From the NCBI GenBank assembly GCA_004558525.1, contig SFCQ01000004.1, forward strand, positions 117,742 to 181,741: DNA of 64,000 bases. The letters run 5' to 3'. The position numbers were made by a program, and so were the translations under genes. Shown piece after piece: positions 38,408-46,273 of the stretch. The stretch's first letter is position 1. Every line of letters starts with the position of its first letter. The DNA is from Clostridiales bacterium (GTDB lineage Bacteria > Bacillota > Clostridia > Christensenellales > CAG-138). The notes beneath the pieces were generated by a model. That model was not told where the DNA came from and did not search any database. It worked only from the letters and a program-made list of their open reading frames with translations.

Positions 38408-39966
38408 TGATACACATGAGCCGCGAAAGGGTCATAAAAGCGCTTAGTGAGCCTAACGGACCCGAGAAGCTTGTTTCAAAGGCAGATCAGGCGATTGAGC
38501 CGGCATGGGAGCTGTTTATTAAAGAAAACAACGCCCAGGCATGCTCCTTTTTGGCAAGGCTGGCAAAGCAGAAAAAGTACAGGCAGATGATAGAAAACAA
38601 GCTCAGCCGCGGCAGGAGCGAGCTGTATGCCGCCCTTGAAAGCGGCGACGCTAAGCTGAGAAAAAACGCGGCAAGGCTGATAGGCGCGCTTTCAGCGCCG
38701 TGCGATGCGGACAAGCTTATAGAGGCTCTTGAAAAGGAGCATACCAGATTCGTCAGGCCGAGCATCATACTTGCACTCGGCTCTGCAGGAGGAGACAGGG
38801 CTAAAAGCTATTTAGCTTCATATAAGGTAGCCGCACCCGGGGACGAAAGCGAAAAAAGGCACTTTGCGGACGAAACGGAAGCGCTTATGACGGCAAAAAG
38901 AAGGCTCGCTTCATTGCCAAAGCATGAGTTTGCGGGGCTTAAAACCGAATATGAGTTTGAATTGCGCGCTCCTGACAGGCTTGTAGGCTCGCTTTTATAT
39001 GATATAGAAGAAAGCGCGCTTGATGAAGCCGACATAATTGGCCACAGGGGCAACTGCGTTTTTGTAAAAACAAAGGCCGTCCAAGAGCTGTTGAAGCTAA
39101 GGAGCATGTCGGCCATGCTCATGCCCGTTGCGGCCAAAGCCGATATAACAAAGCCTGCTGCGCTGTTATACTGCCGAAGGTTTATAAAGGACTTCTTTGC
39201 CGATTCATGCTCAGGACTGCCTCCCTATGGCTACAGGATAGAGATAAAGGGCGAAAATGTGGACAGGGCGGCCATATCAAAGGCTATGGCGGCCGTGATA
39301 GACTCAGACGAAGTAGTCAATTCGCCCTCGGATTACGAAATCGAGCTGATAGCCGAGTTTGGAAAAAAGGACAAGAATACAGCGGACATATACGCAAGGC
39401 CTACGGTTTTTGCCGATAAGCGCTTTGAATACAGGGTGGGCGCCCTGCCCGCAAGCATACATCCCGCCACCGCGGCGGCCGTGCTAAGATACGCTATAGA
39501 GCATATGAAGGTCAACGCAAGGGTGCTCGACCCATGCTGCGGCAGCAGCACCCTTTTGATAGAAAGGGAGAAGCTTGCGCCCGTATCAAGCTCGACAGGA
39601 GTGGATATTGCGCATAAGGCCATAGACATTGCCAGAATGAACGCCGAAAGAGCAGGCTCAAGCGCAAAGTTTATTTGCAACGACATGCTGCGCTTTGAAG
39701 CGAAAAGACCGTATGACGAGGTGATAGCCAATCTGCCCTTCGGCAACAGGGTAGGCACGCATCAGGCTAACGAAAAGCTGTATGCCGGACTGCTTGATAA
39801 GCTTCCGCAATGGCTGAATGAAGATGGAGTGGCGATACTGTATACAATGGAGTTTACATTGCTAAAAAAGCTTATCAGGGAAAGGCCGGGACTTAAGCTG
39901 GTAACCGAAACAAGGACGGAGGCAGGCGGCCTTATGCCGGGGATATTTATAATTAAGCTGAAGTAG
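38407..39966 (+). CDS. Class I SAM-dependent (THUMP/UPF0020-type) RNA methyltransferase with an N-terminal HEAT-like repeat extension
   Basis: 519 aa. VLDPCCGSSTLLIE is SAM motif I and VIANLPFGNR is motif IV. The N-terminal ~130 aa (...LRKNAARLIGAL...PSIILALGSAG) look like HEAT/PBS repeats. The start overlaps the murG stop (TAATG). Confidence 0.7.
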   Translation: MIHMSRERVIKALSEPNGPEKLVSKADQAIEPAWELFIKENNAQACSFLARLAKQKKYRQMIENKLSRGRSELYAALESGDAKLRKNAARLIGALSAPCDADKLIEALEKEHTRFVRPSIILALGSAGGDRAKSYLASYKVAAPGDESEKRHFADETEALMTAKRRLASLPKHEFAGLKTEYEFELRAPDRLVGSLLYDIEESALDEADIIGHRGNCVFVKTKAVQELLKLRSMSAMLMPVAAKADITKPAALLYCRRFIKDFFADSCSGLPPYGYRIEIKGENVDRAAISKAMAAVIDSDEVVNSPSDYEIELIAEFGKKDKNTADIYARPTVFADKRFEYRVGALPASIHPATAAAVLRYAIEHMKVNARVLDPCCGSSTLLIEREKLAPVSSSTGVDIAHKAIDIARMNAERAGSSAKFICNDMLRFEAKRPYDEVIANLPFGNRVGTHQANEKLYAGLLDKLPQWLNEDGVAILYTMEFTLLKKLIRERPGLKLVTETRTEAGGLMPGIFIIKLK

Positions 39967-39970
39967 CAGA

Positions 39971-39986
39971 TGTTTCACGTGAAACA
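39971..39986. promoter_or_regulatory. parS: parS centromere-like site (perfect palindrome TGTTTCACGTGAAACA)
   Basis: Matches the Firmicutes parS consensus TGTTNCACGTGAAACA at 16/16 positions. Confidence 0.85.
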
Positions 39987-39998
39987 ATGGGGGAGAGT

Positions 39999-40315
39999 AT
40001 GAAGCTTTGTTTGATAGGCTGCTCCGGCACGGGAAAACGCACATGGCGAACAGGCTCGAAAGCGCGCCTGGGCTGAAGCATATCGATCTTGACGGCACAT
40101 TCCGGGACAATACCGCGCCCCGCTATTCAAAATAGAGAGATCCCGAATAAAAGGCGGGGCTGCTGAGCGATGCCGTAAAGGACGATAAATGGATAACGGA
40201 GGGAGCTTACTACGCATGGCTTGACGAAGCTTTTGAAAAGACAGATAGAATATGCATACTTGACATACCCAAAGGGGTTTACCTAAGCAGGACAATAAAA
40301 AGATTTATAACGTGA
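39999..40315 (+). pseudogene. Frameshifted remnant of a small P-loop NTPase (adenylate-kinase-like, topology-modulation FlaR-type)
   Basis: Frame a reads MKLCLIGCSGTGKRT (Walker A), then stops. Frame b reads MANRLESAPGLKHIDLDGTFRDN...stop. Frame c reads GLLSDAVKDDKWITEGAYYAWLDEAFEKTDRICILDIPKGVYLSRTIKRFIT-stop. Together these rebuild a typical ~170-aa kinase-fold protein. Confidence 0.65.
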
Positions 40316-40424
40316 AAGCTTGAGAAGTACGAAGCTGAAAACAAGGTATACGAGCTTAAAAGCAAGGACAGCGTAAACAGCGAAACAGAGGACATCATCA
40401 AAGCCTGTGCGGAGGAGATACAAT

Positions 40425-40790
40425 ATGAAATTACGATGCGTAATAGCGCTGAGATTCTTCAAGGATACAAAATGCTTCGGCCCCGGCATAGCCGAGCTTA
40501 TTGAGGGGATAGAGGAGCTTAAGTCGTTAAGGGCGTCAGCTAAAAGGATGGGCATGGCATATTCAAAGGCATGGCGAATAGTGCATGAGTGTGAGGAAAA
40601 GCTCGGCTTCAAGCTGCTGACCCTGTCGACAGGCGGAAAAAACGGCGGAGGGGCAGAGGTGACTGAAGAAGGTAAAAAGCTGCTTACAAGATACAGAGAG
40701 ATGGAGAAGGCCCTGAACGAGACGGCGGAGATAATGCTTAAAAGCTGGGAAAAAGAAGATAATGAAGCAGGGGGGCAGCAAGCCCCGTAA
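40425..40790 (+). CDS. ModE-N-terminal-like winged-helix (LysR-type HTH) regulator without TOBE domains
   Basis: I trimmed the start to MKLRCVIALRFFKD..CFGPGIAELIEGIEELKSLRASAKRMGMAYSKAWRIV..., the pattern of the ModE N-terminal DNA-binding domain. Confidence 0.6.
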   Translation: MKLRCVIALRFFKDTKCFGPGIAELIEGIEELKSLRASAKRMGMAYSKAWRIVHECEEKLGFKLLTLSTGGKNGGGAEVTEEGKKLLTRYREMEKALNETAEIMLKSWEKEDNEAGGQQAP

Positions 40791-40792
40791 TA

Positions 40793-40825
40793 ATAGAAAA
40801 AGTGGCGGCCAGCCACTTTTTCTAT
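40793..40825. terminator. Bidirectional terminator hairpin (family-1 hairpin module) between the modE-like gene and parB
   Basis: ATAGAAAAAGTGGC-GGCCA-GCCACTTTTTCTAT, a perfect 14-bp stem with A/T runs on both sides. Confidence 0.8.
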
Positions 40826-40849
40826 TATGAACAGATGCTTTTACTGGGC

Positions 40850-41713
40850 TTACATTTTCATGAGAGCTTCGTAAAGGCCTTCAAGCCCGTCCCTTGTGTA
40901 ATACTCTATGGTGATCCTGCCTTTTTTTTCGCTGCCTTCTATGGTAACCTTTGTGCCGAGATGCTCGCGCAGGCGCTCCTGTGCGATGTACATATCGTTG
41001 GTCTGCCTGATGTGCTTCTTCTTCGCTTCCTTTTCTATTTCTGCAAGCTCAGGATTTGCTATCTTGGCGGCTTTGCGCTCCACCTCGCGCACGGACCAGC
41101 CGTTTATTGCGGCGTCGTTAGCTAAGCGCAGCGCGGCAGGCTCGTCCTTTATTCCTGCAAGCACCCTTCCGTGGCCGGCGCTGAGCTTGCCTTCCTTTAC
41201 CATGGTCTGCACACTGTCCGGCAGGTTCAATAGCCTCAGGCTGTTCGCTATTGCCGGACGGCTCTTGCTCAATCTTGAGGAAACCTCCTCCTGTGTCAGG
41301 TCGTGCTGCTGCATGAGGAAGCGTATTGCCGCGGCCTCCTCTATTGGGTTGAGGCTCTCCCTTTGCAGGTTTTCAACAAGCGCTATCTCCTGTATCTCGG
41401 CGTCGTCAAACTGCTTCACTATTACAGGCACCTTTGTAAAGCCCGCTATCCTTGCCGCCCTGTAGCGGCGCTCGCCTGCAACAATGGTGTATCTTTCGCC
41501 GTTTTGGTGCACTATTATCGGCTGCACCATTCCGTGCCGCTTTAAGCTTTCGGCAAGCTCGTTAAGCCTGTCCTCATCAAATGTTTTTCTCGGCTGGTCG
41601 GCATTGGTATCTATAAGATAGATATCCGCCTGTATCACCCCTTCCGGCGGCGTTGCGGAAAAGTCGCCAAGCAGCGCGTCAAGCCCGCGCCCGAGTCCCT
41701 TTTTCATTGCCAT
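40850..41713 (-). CDS. parB: ParB/Spo0J chromosome partitioning protein
   Basis: 287 aa; MAMKKGLGRGLDALLG..., ...QPRK.FDE..L.ELA.S...HG..QPI.V......Y.IVAGERR.RAA... Confidence 0.95.
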   Translation of the reverse strand: MAMKKGLGRGLDALLGDFSATPPEGVIQADIYLIDTNADQPRKTFDEDRLNELAESLKRHGMVQPIIVHQNGERYTIVAGERRYRAARIAGFTKVPVIVKQFDDAEIQEIALVENLQRESLNPIEEAAAIRFLMQQHDLTQEEVSSRLSKSRPAIANSLRLLNLPDSVQTMVKEGKLSAGHGRVLAGIKDEPAALRLANDAAINGWSVREVERKAAKIANPELAEIEKEAKKKHIRQTNDMYIAQERLREHLGTKVTIEGSEKKGRITIEYYTRDGLEGLYEALMKM

Positions 41714-41716
41714 AGC

Positions 41717-42478
41717 CTACTCCTTCCCAACAAGCTCGCGTGCGAGCGATTCATATGCCTTTGCGCCCACGCTCTTCGGGTCATATTTGTTTATCGGCAT
41801 GCCGAAGCTGGGCGCCTCGCCAAGCCTTACGGAGCGCGGTATTATCGTGTTATACACCTTGTTCTTAAAAAACTTTTTGACTTCAACAACTACCTGCTCG
41901 GATAGATTGGTGCGCGCATCAAACATGGTAAGCACAACGCCTTCAACGGCTAACCTGCTGTTAAGATGCGTCCTTACGAGCTTTACCGTATTCATAAGGT
42001 CGCTAAGGCCCTCAAGCGCATAGTATTCGCACTGTATTGGCGCAAGCAGTGTATCCGCAGCGGTAAGCGCGTTTATGGTGAGCAGGCCTAAGGAGGGCGG
42101 GCAGTCTATAAAGATATAGTCATAGCTCTTGCGCACCTTGTCAAGAGCCCTTTTTAACACGGTCTCCCTTGCAAGAGTGTTGACAAGCTCTACCTCCGCG
42201 CCGGAAAGCTCCTTCCTTGCGCACAGAAGCTCAAGATTCTCGGTAGGCGTAGGCACTATCGCTTCGGCAACGCCAACGCCGTTGATAAGCACATCGTATA
42301 CGCTGTGCTCCGGCTCATCCTTGTTAACGCCAAGGCCGCTGGTGCAGTTGCCCTGCGGGTCTATATCCACGCAAAGCACCTTTTTGCCTAAAGCGGCAAC
42401 GCATGCTGAAAGGTTTACCGTTGTGGTCGTCTTTCCCACGCCGCCCTTTTGGTTAGCTATAGCTATTATCTTGGACAT
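41717..42478 (-). CDS. parA: ParA/Soj chromosome partitioning ATPase
   Basis: 253 aa with the deviant Walker A IAIANQKGGVGKTTT. Confidence 0.95.
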   Translation of the reverse strand: MSKIIAIANQKGGVGKTTTTVNLSACVAALGKKVLCVDIDPQGNCTSGLGVNKDEPEHSVYDVLINGVGVAEAIVPTPTENLELLCARKELSGAEVELVNTLARETVLKRALDKVRKSYDYIFIDCPPSLGLLTINALTAADTLLAPIQCEYYALEGLSDLMNTVKLVRTHLNSRLAVEGVVLTMFDARTNLSEQVVVEVKKFFKNKVYNTIIPRSVRLGEAPSFGMPINKYDPKSVGAKAYESLARELVGKE

Positions 42479-43047
42479 GCTTTTCTTATCTCCCTCAATT
42501 TATTCTGATCCACTTCAATGTACTTATCCATTATAAGCTGGTCGTAATATATTCCGTCAGCATAAAACTTTCTGCGGTGCCGGCCTGCCGCCTCAAAGCC
42601 GTAACGCTCATATAAAGCGATAGCCCTTACGTTATCCGCATATACGCTAAGCTCTATATTCTCAACGCAGGCGTCCTCAGCAAGCTTAATAAGCGTCTCC
42701 ATAATTGCCGAGCCTACACCTATATGCCAGAACTTCTCCTGAACGCTCAAGGCTATCTCGCCAGTGTGCGCCGTTTTGCGCCTGTGAGAACATGTAAGGT
42801 TGAACATGCAGGCTATTTCCCCGTTTATGCGGCCTATATGCATGCCGCCGCGCTCCTCCTTCAGACTGTCCTCAAGTATCGCGGCCTCCTTTTCCTCGCT
42901 TATGCCAAGGCCGTTGGAGTCCATCATCAAAAAATGCGTTTCTCCGCCAATAATCTTCAAATAGCTCAATATCTCTGCGGCATCCTTTCCGCATGGCCGG
43001 CTTATCTTAAGCATGCTGCCGTCCTTTAGCACTACGCTTTTCTCCAT
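42466..43047 (-). CDS. GNAT-family N-acetyltransferase, first gene of the parAB operon
   Basis: 193 aa. ...HIGVGSAIMETLIKLAE......IELSVYADNVRAIALYERYGFE..G is the acetyl-CoA-binding motif A region. It overlaps the parA start by 13 nt. Confidence 0.8.
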   Translation of the reverse strand: MEKSVVLKDGSMLKISRPCGKDAAEILSYLKIIGGETHFLMMDSNGLGISEEKEAAILEDSLKEERGGMHIGRINGEIACMFNLTCSHRRKTAHTGEIALSVQEKFWHIGVGSAIMETLIKLAEDACVENIELSVYADNVRAIALYERYGFEAAGRHRRKFYADGIYYDQLIMDKYIEVDQNKLREIRKACPR

Positions 43048-43148
43048 AAATAATAATAAACCTCAACAATCCCCAATAAATTACAATTCCAAGTCTCGCT
43101 TATAGACTCTATACCATTATAAGATATATTTGGCCATAACACAATCAA

Positions 43149-43164
43149 TGTTTCACGTGAAACA
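43149..43164. promoter_or_regulatory. parS: Second parS site (identical TGTTTCACGTGAAACA)
   Basis: 16/16 identical to the 39971 site; lies ~100 bp upstream of the GNAT-parA-parB operon start. Confidence 0.85.
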
Positions 43165-43190
43165 AATAAGGCGGGGCTAACGCCCTGCCT

Positions 43191-43325
43191 CAGAGTGTCG
43201 ATAAACTCCGGGGTTGTTAAGGGGCAGGCGCCCCTTAAGCTTTATTCCGGCTCTGACGGCATGCACGTCAGAACGGATGAAAACCTTTAGGTTTTCGTAC
43301 CTTGCGGGTTTTGCCGCCCGGGAGC
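43191..43325 (-). repeat. Family-1 structured repeat, truncated copy in inverted orientation
   Basis: Reverse complement aligns with 62430-62567 of the full copy. Homology stops at CCCGGGAGC, just before the thiT stop codon. Confidence 0.85.
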
Positions 43326-43335
43326 GGTGTTCGAT

Positions 43336-44025
43336 TTATTTGCCGTCCCGTATCCTTATTGCGGCCTTGCTGACGGCGGGGATAAGCGCGGCTATTACGC
43401 ACAGCACCGTATCGGCGCCTATGGTCGTAAGGTTATACATAAAGGAGTATAACCAGGCGCTTTGGTAGCCGGCTTCGGCTGCATATTCGCCGAAGAATAC
43501 CGCGCCGCTTATAACGCCGCATATCATTCTGCAAAGGCCGCCCACGCCCGCGCCGAGCGCAAGGCTCTTTGGGAAGAAGCCTGCAACGCCGAGCACGGTG
43601 AAGGCGAGTATATAATCCAGTATAAACTGCGCCCAATGCACGATATATGCGCCCTGTACGATCTGCAAAAGGCTGTACGCAAAGCCTGCAAGGAGACCCG
43701 CCGCAGGGCCGTAGAGCCATGCGTAAACGAATATGGGCAACATGGAAAACAGCGTTATGCTGCCGCCCATGGGCATGGAGAACAGCTTGATGTAGCTCAG
43801 CGCGAACGCGAGCGCAATGCACAGCGCGCCGTGTACCAGCATCTTGGTAGTCATCTTTCCCTTTTTTGGGAGGGAGATAGAGGTATCGGCCGCACGCTTT
43901 TTGCCTGCGCGGTTTATAACGGCCAACGCGGCTATAAGCACGGCAACAGCGGCTATGGCTCCTATAAACCACCATAAGTCCGCTCCCTGGAGTTCGGCAA
44001 GTTCCTTGAGCAATTCAAATTCCAT
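43336..44025 (-). CDS. thiT: Thiamine transporter ThiT (ECF S-component) with an N-terminal extra TM extension
   Basis: 229 aa, directly downstream of a TPP riboswitch. ...LSYIKLFSMPMGGSITL.SMLPI...... and ...Y.....GADT... resemble ThiT. Confidence 0.75.
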   Translation of the reverse strand: MEFELLKELAELQGADLWWFIGAIAAVAVLIAALAVINRAGKKRAADTSISLPKKGKMTTKMLVHGALCIALAFALSYIKLFSMPMGGSITLFSMLPIFVYAWLYGPAAGLLAGFAYSLLQIVQGAYIVHWAQFILDYILAFTVLGVAGFFPKSLALGAGVGGLCRMICGVISGAVFFGEYAAEAGYQSAWLYSFMYNLTTIGADTVLCVIAALIPAVSKAAIRIRDGK

Positions 44026-44069
44026 GGTTTTTTCCTTCCTTTGCTTTTGTTATTCTCTTTTTGCCTTTT

Positions 44070-44218
44070 GAAAAAAGAAAATCTCCGCAATTCATTGCGG
44101 AGAAGCGGCGGTCAAATAACCGCGTCATGTATTTTCTCCGCTTCCCTACGCCGGCATTATCCGAACAGGTTCAAAGGGTATATCTCAGCCTGAAAGGTAT
44201 TCAAGCTCCCCCAGCGGG
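44070..44218 (-). promoter_or_regulatory. TPP (THI-box) riboswitch with a terminator expression platform
   Basis: The minus strand reads CGCTGGGGGAGC...CTGAGATATACCCTTTGAACCTGTTCGGATAATGCCGGCGTAGGGAAGCGG, containing the conserved CTGAGA and ACCTG..GGATAATGCC.GCG.AGGGA elements. It is followed by TCTCCGCAA-TGAAT-TGCGGAGA plus TTTTCTTTTTT. GCGGAGAA at the aptamer 3' end can alternatively pair with TTCTCCGC. Confidence 0.85.
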
Positions 44219-44264
44219 TAATATTCTCTTTTCTGCGCTATATTAGCACTAATCTTTAATATTG

Positions 44265-44561
44265 TCAATCGTTTGCGCTTTCAAGCTTAACGGCGGTGAC
44301 CTGGACCGGTTCGCCGGCGTCCATCTGAGGCAGAATGGTTATCATAAACTCCCCGCCAACAATAAAGTTTTCCGGCACTTCAACATCGTTTGCTATGTAT
44401 ACTATCGCCTCGCCGAAGCCTACGTTATCGCTTGTGCTTACAAGTATGCAGCCCTCGCGTATCTGTTCTATCCTGCCTTTGAAAACGATATTCTTTTCGT
44501 TGCAGCCGAATAAGCCTGCGGCTATTGCCGCTGTCATAATGAGCGCGATCAGCCTTTTCAT
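44265..44561 (-). CDS. Small lipoprotein of unknown function
   Basis: 98 aa with a MKRLIALIMTAAIAAGLFGC lipobox signal peptide. Confidence 0.6.
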   Translation of the reverse strand: MKRLIALIMTAAIAAGLFGCNEKNIVFKGRIEQIREGCILVSTSDNVGFGEAIVYIANDVEVPENFIVGGEFMITILPQMDAGEPVQVTAVKLESAND

Positions 44562-44571
44562 AAAACCTCCC

Positions 44572-44848
44572 TACCATCAGTTGACAAGGGGACACAAGGT
44601 TTTAAGGGGCATACAGCACGCCATAGCCGCGTCAAACTCGTTTGAAATACCGCCAGTATTCCTTCACTCGTTTTCCTTGCTCTGTCATACTGTATGCTCC
44701 TTAAAACTCTCCGACCCTAAAGAGCCTGATTTGAGGGCGGTTCAAGGCCGAGGAGAGCAGAACTACCGGAGGTAATTCAAGCGACGAGAACGCAGAAACG
44801 TCCCAAAGCCGGCCTTTAGGGCTTGTGTCCCCTTCTCAACTGATGGTA
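44572..44848. mobile_element. Family-2 MITE-like element (277 bp) with 27-bp terminal inverted repeats
   Basis: TACCATCAGTTGACAAGGGGACACAAG (44572-44598) pairs with CTTGTGTCCCCTTCTCAACTGATGGTA (44822-44848), 26/27 complementary. No credible ORF inside. A half-copy lies at 37105-37183. Confidence 0.7.
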
Positions 44849-44922
44849 AAATATTATATAAATACAGACGCTTCAGGGAGGCAAAAGGTTGCTGCATATT
44901 GTAAGATCTGGGATTTGTTTAT

Positions 44923-45636
44923 TTATCTTATCACTCCGTTTTCATATACCGGCACCACGTCGGTTATATCCTCGCTGAAGCAATAGCGGATATCCTCTTC
45001 AAAGCCAAGGGATATGAGCCTTGCACAGTGCTTTGTAACGGAAAGATCGGCGCGGCCCTGCTTCCAGTCGGCATATAGCATGCAGCATACCATCGTTATG
45101 TCGGAAGCGTCTATCCCGCTGGGCGAGAGCCTGTTTATAGCCTCCGCAATGGAGCCTGCCGCAAGCAGATCGTCCGCCGATATCTGGCCATAAGTTCCGG
45201 CGCATACTATTATTATATCGTTGCCCAGCTCAACCGCCCTTTTGGCTACCGCTGAGCGGTTTATCATGCCGCCTATAAGCACGTCCTTAGCGGCGGACAT
45301 GCCGTGTATAGCGGCGGTGCCGTTGGTGGTGCTTATTATAACGGAGCGATCCTTAACTGTATTTGCACTGTATTCCGACGGGCTGTTGCCTATATCAAAA
45401 TCCGGCAGCTTTACCGCATCCCTTTCGCCCGCAAGCACAACGTCGGCATGGCCGAGCCTGCCGGCCAGCATGGCGGCTTCGCCCGGGTCGATAGCCGGCA
45501 CCACGCGGTTAGCGCCGTTGCCTACGGCTGTGATTATGCAGCTTGTTGAGCGCAGCACATCTACCGCAATAACCGTGCTTGAGGATATGTGGTGGCTCAA
45601 AACCCTTCCGTATACTGGAATAACGTCGATCTTCAT
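44923..45636 (-). CDS. comB: 2-phosphosulfolactate phosphatase (ComB family)
   Basis: I trimmed the start to MKIDVIPVY.... ...VIAVDVLRSTSCIITAVGNGA... is typical of ComB. Confidence 0.75.
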   Translation of the reverse strand: MKIDVIPVYGRVLSHHISSSTVIAVDVLRSTSCIITAVGNGANRVVPAIDPGEAAMLAGRLGHADVVLAGERDAVKLPDFDIGNSPSEYSANTVKDRSVIISTTNGTAAIHGMSAAKDVLIGGMINRSAVAKRAVELGNDIIIVCAGTYGQISADDLLAAGSIAEAINRLSPSGIDASDITMVCCMLYADWKQGRADLSVTKHCARLISLGFEEDIRYCFSEDITDVVPVYENGVIR

Positions 45637-45740
45637 ATGCCCTCCAAACGGCCCAGCCTGCAAAAAAGCAAGATAAACCAAAGGTTTTTGCGTGAAAACG
45701 GCTGCACGCATTATCTGCTATTATAGCATTATTTCATCAG

Positions 45741-46250
45741 CTATGCAAATCTTCTTCGGGACAGTATAATGGCCACCGCCGCGCCTACTATGCTGCTAAG
45801 TATTGCCGCAGGTATGGCGGCCCTGGTCCTTTTTACGCCTACGGAGCCGAAGTACAGGGCGATAGTATAAAATATCGTTTCGGTGGAGCCTAACATTATG
45901 CTTGCCGCGAAGCCTAAGTATGTATCCGCGCCATAGTTTACAAAAACGTCTTGAAGCAGCGACATCGCGGCGGAGCCTGAAAACGGCCTGAGCACGAACA
46001 TGGGCGCAAGCTCGGCAGGGAAGCCTATTTTATCAAGGATAGGGGATATGAGCTTAATAAACGCCTCCAGCGCGCCGGAGGCGCGCAGCGCGTTGATGGA
46101 TACCATCATAGCGGCCATGCACGGCAGTATTTTTACAAGCATGGGCAGCGCGTCATATGCGCCCTGAGTAAAGGCGGAATATATATCTACCTTTTTTATA
46201 AGCGAATATATCAGCAGCGCCGCTATAAGCGCGGGAAGAATATAGAGCAT
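45741..46250 (-). CDS. spmB: Spore maturation protein B
   Basis: 169-aa membrane protein with a nucleoside-recognition-like fold, paired downstream of spmA. Confidence 0.75.
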   Translation of the reverse strand: MLYILPALIAALLIYSLIKKVDIYSAFTQGAYDALPMLVKILPCMAAMMVSINALRASGALEAFIKLISPILDKIGFPAELAPMFVLRPFSGSAAMSLLQDVFVNYGADTYLGFAASIMLGSTETIFYTIALYFGSVGVKRTRAAIPAAILSSIVGAAVAIILSRRRFA

Positions 46251-46273
46251 ATATCAATATCCTTGCAGCTTGC

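Noticed and set aside
44572-44848. The long terminal stem suggested an SRP (scRNA) or 6S RNA gene.
   Set aside because: I could not find the conserved SRP helix-8 sequence (GGUCCGGAAGGAAGCAGC-like); only a loose resemblance exists at 44741-44760. A second partial copy at 37105-37183 argues for a repeat element. This still deserves an Rfam scan.
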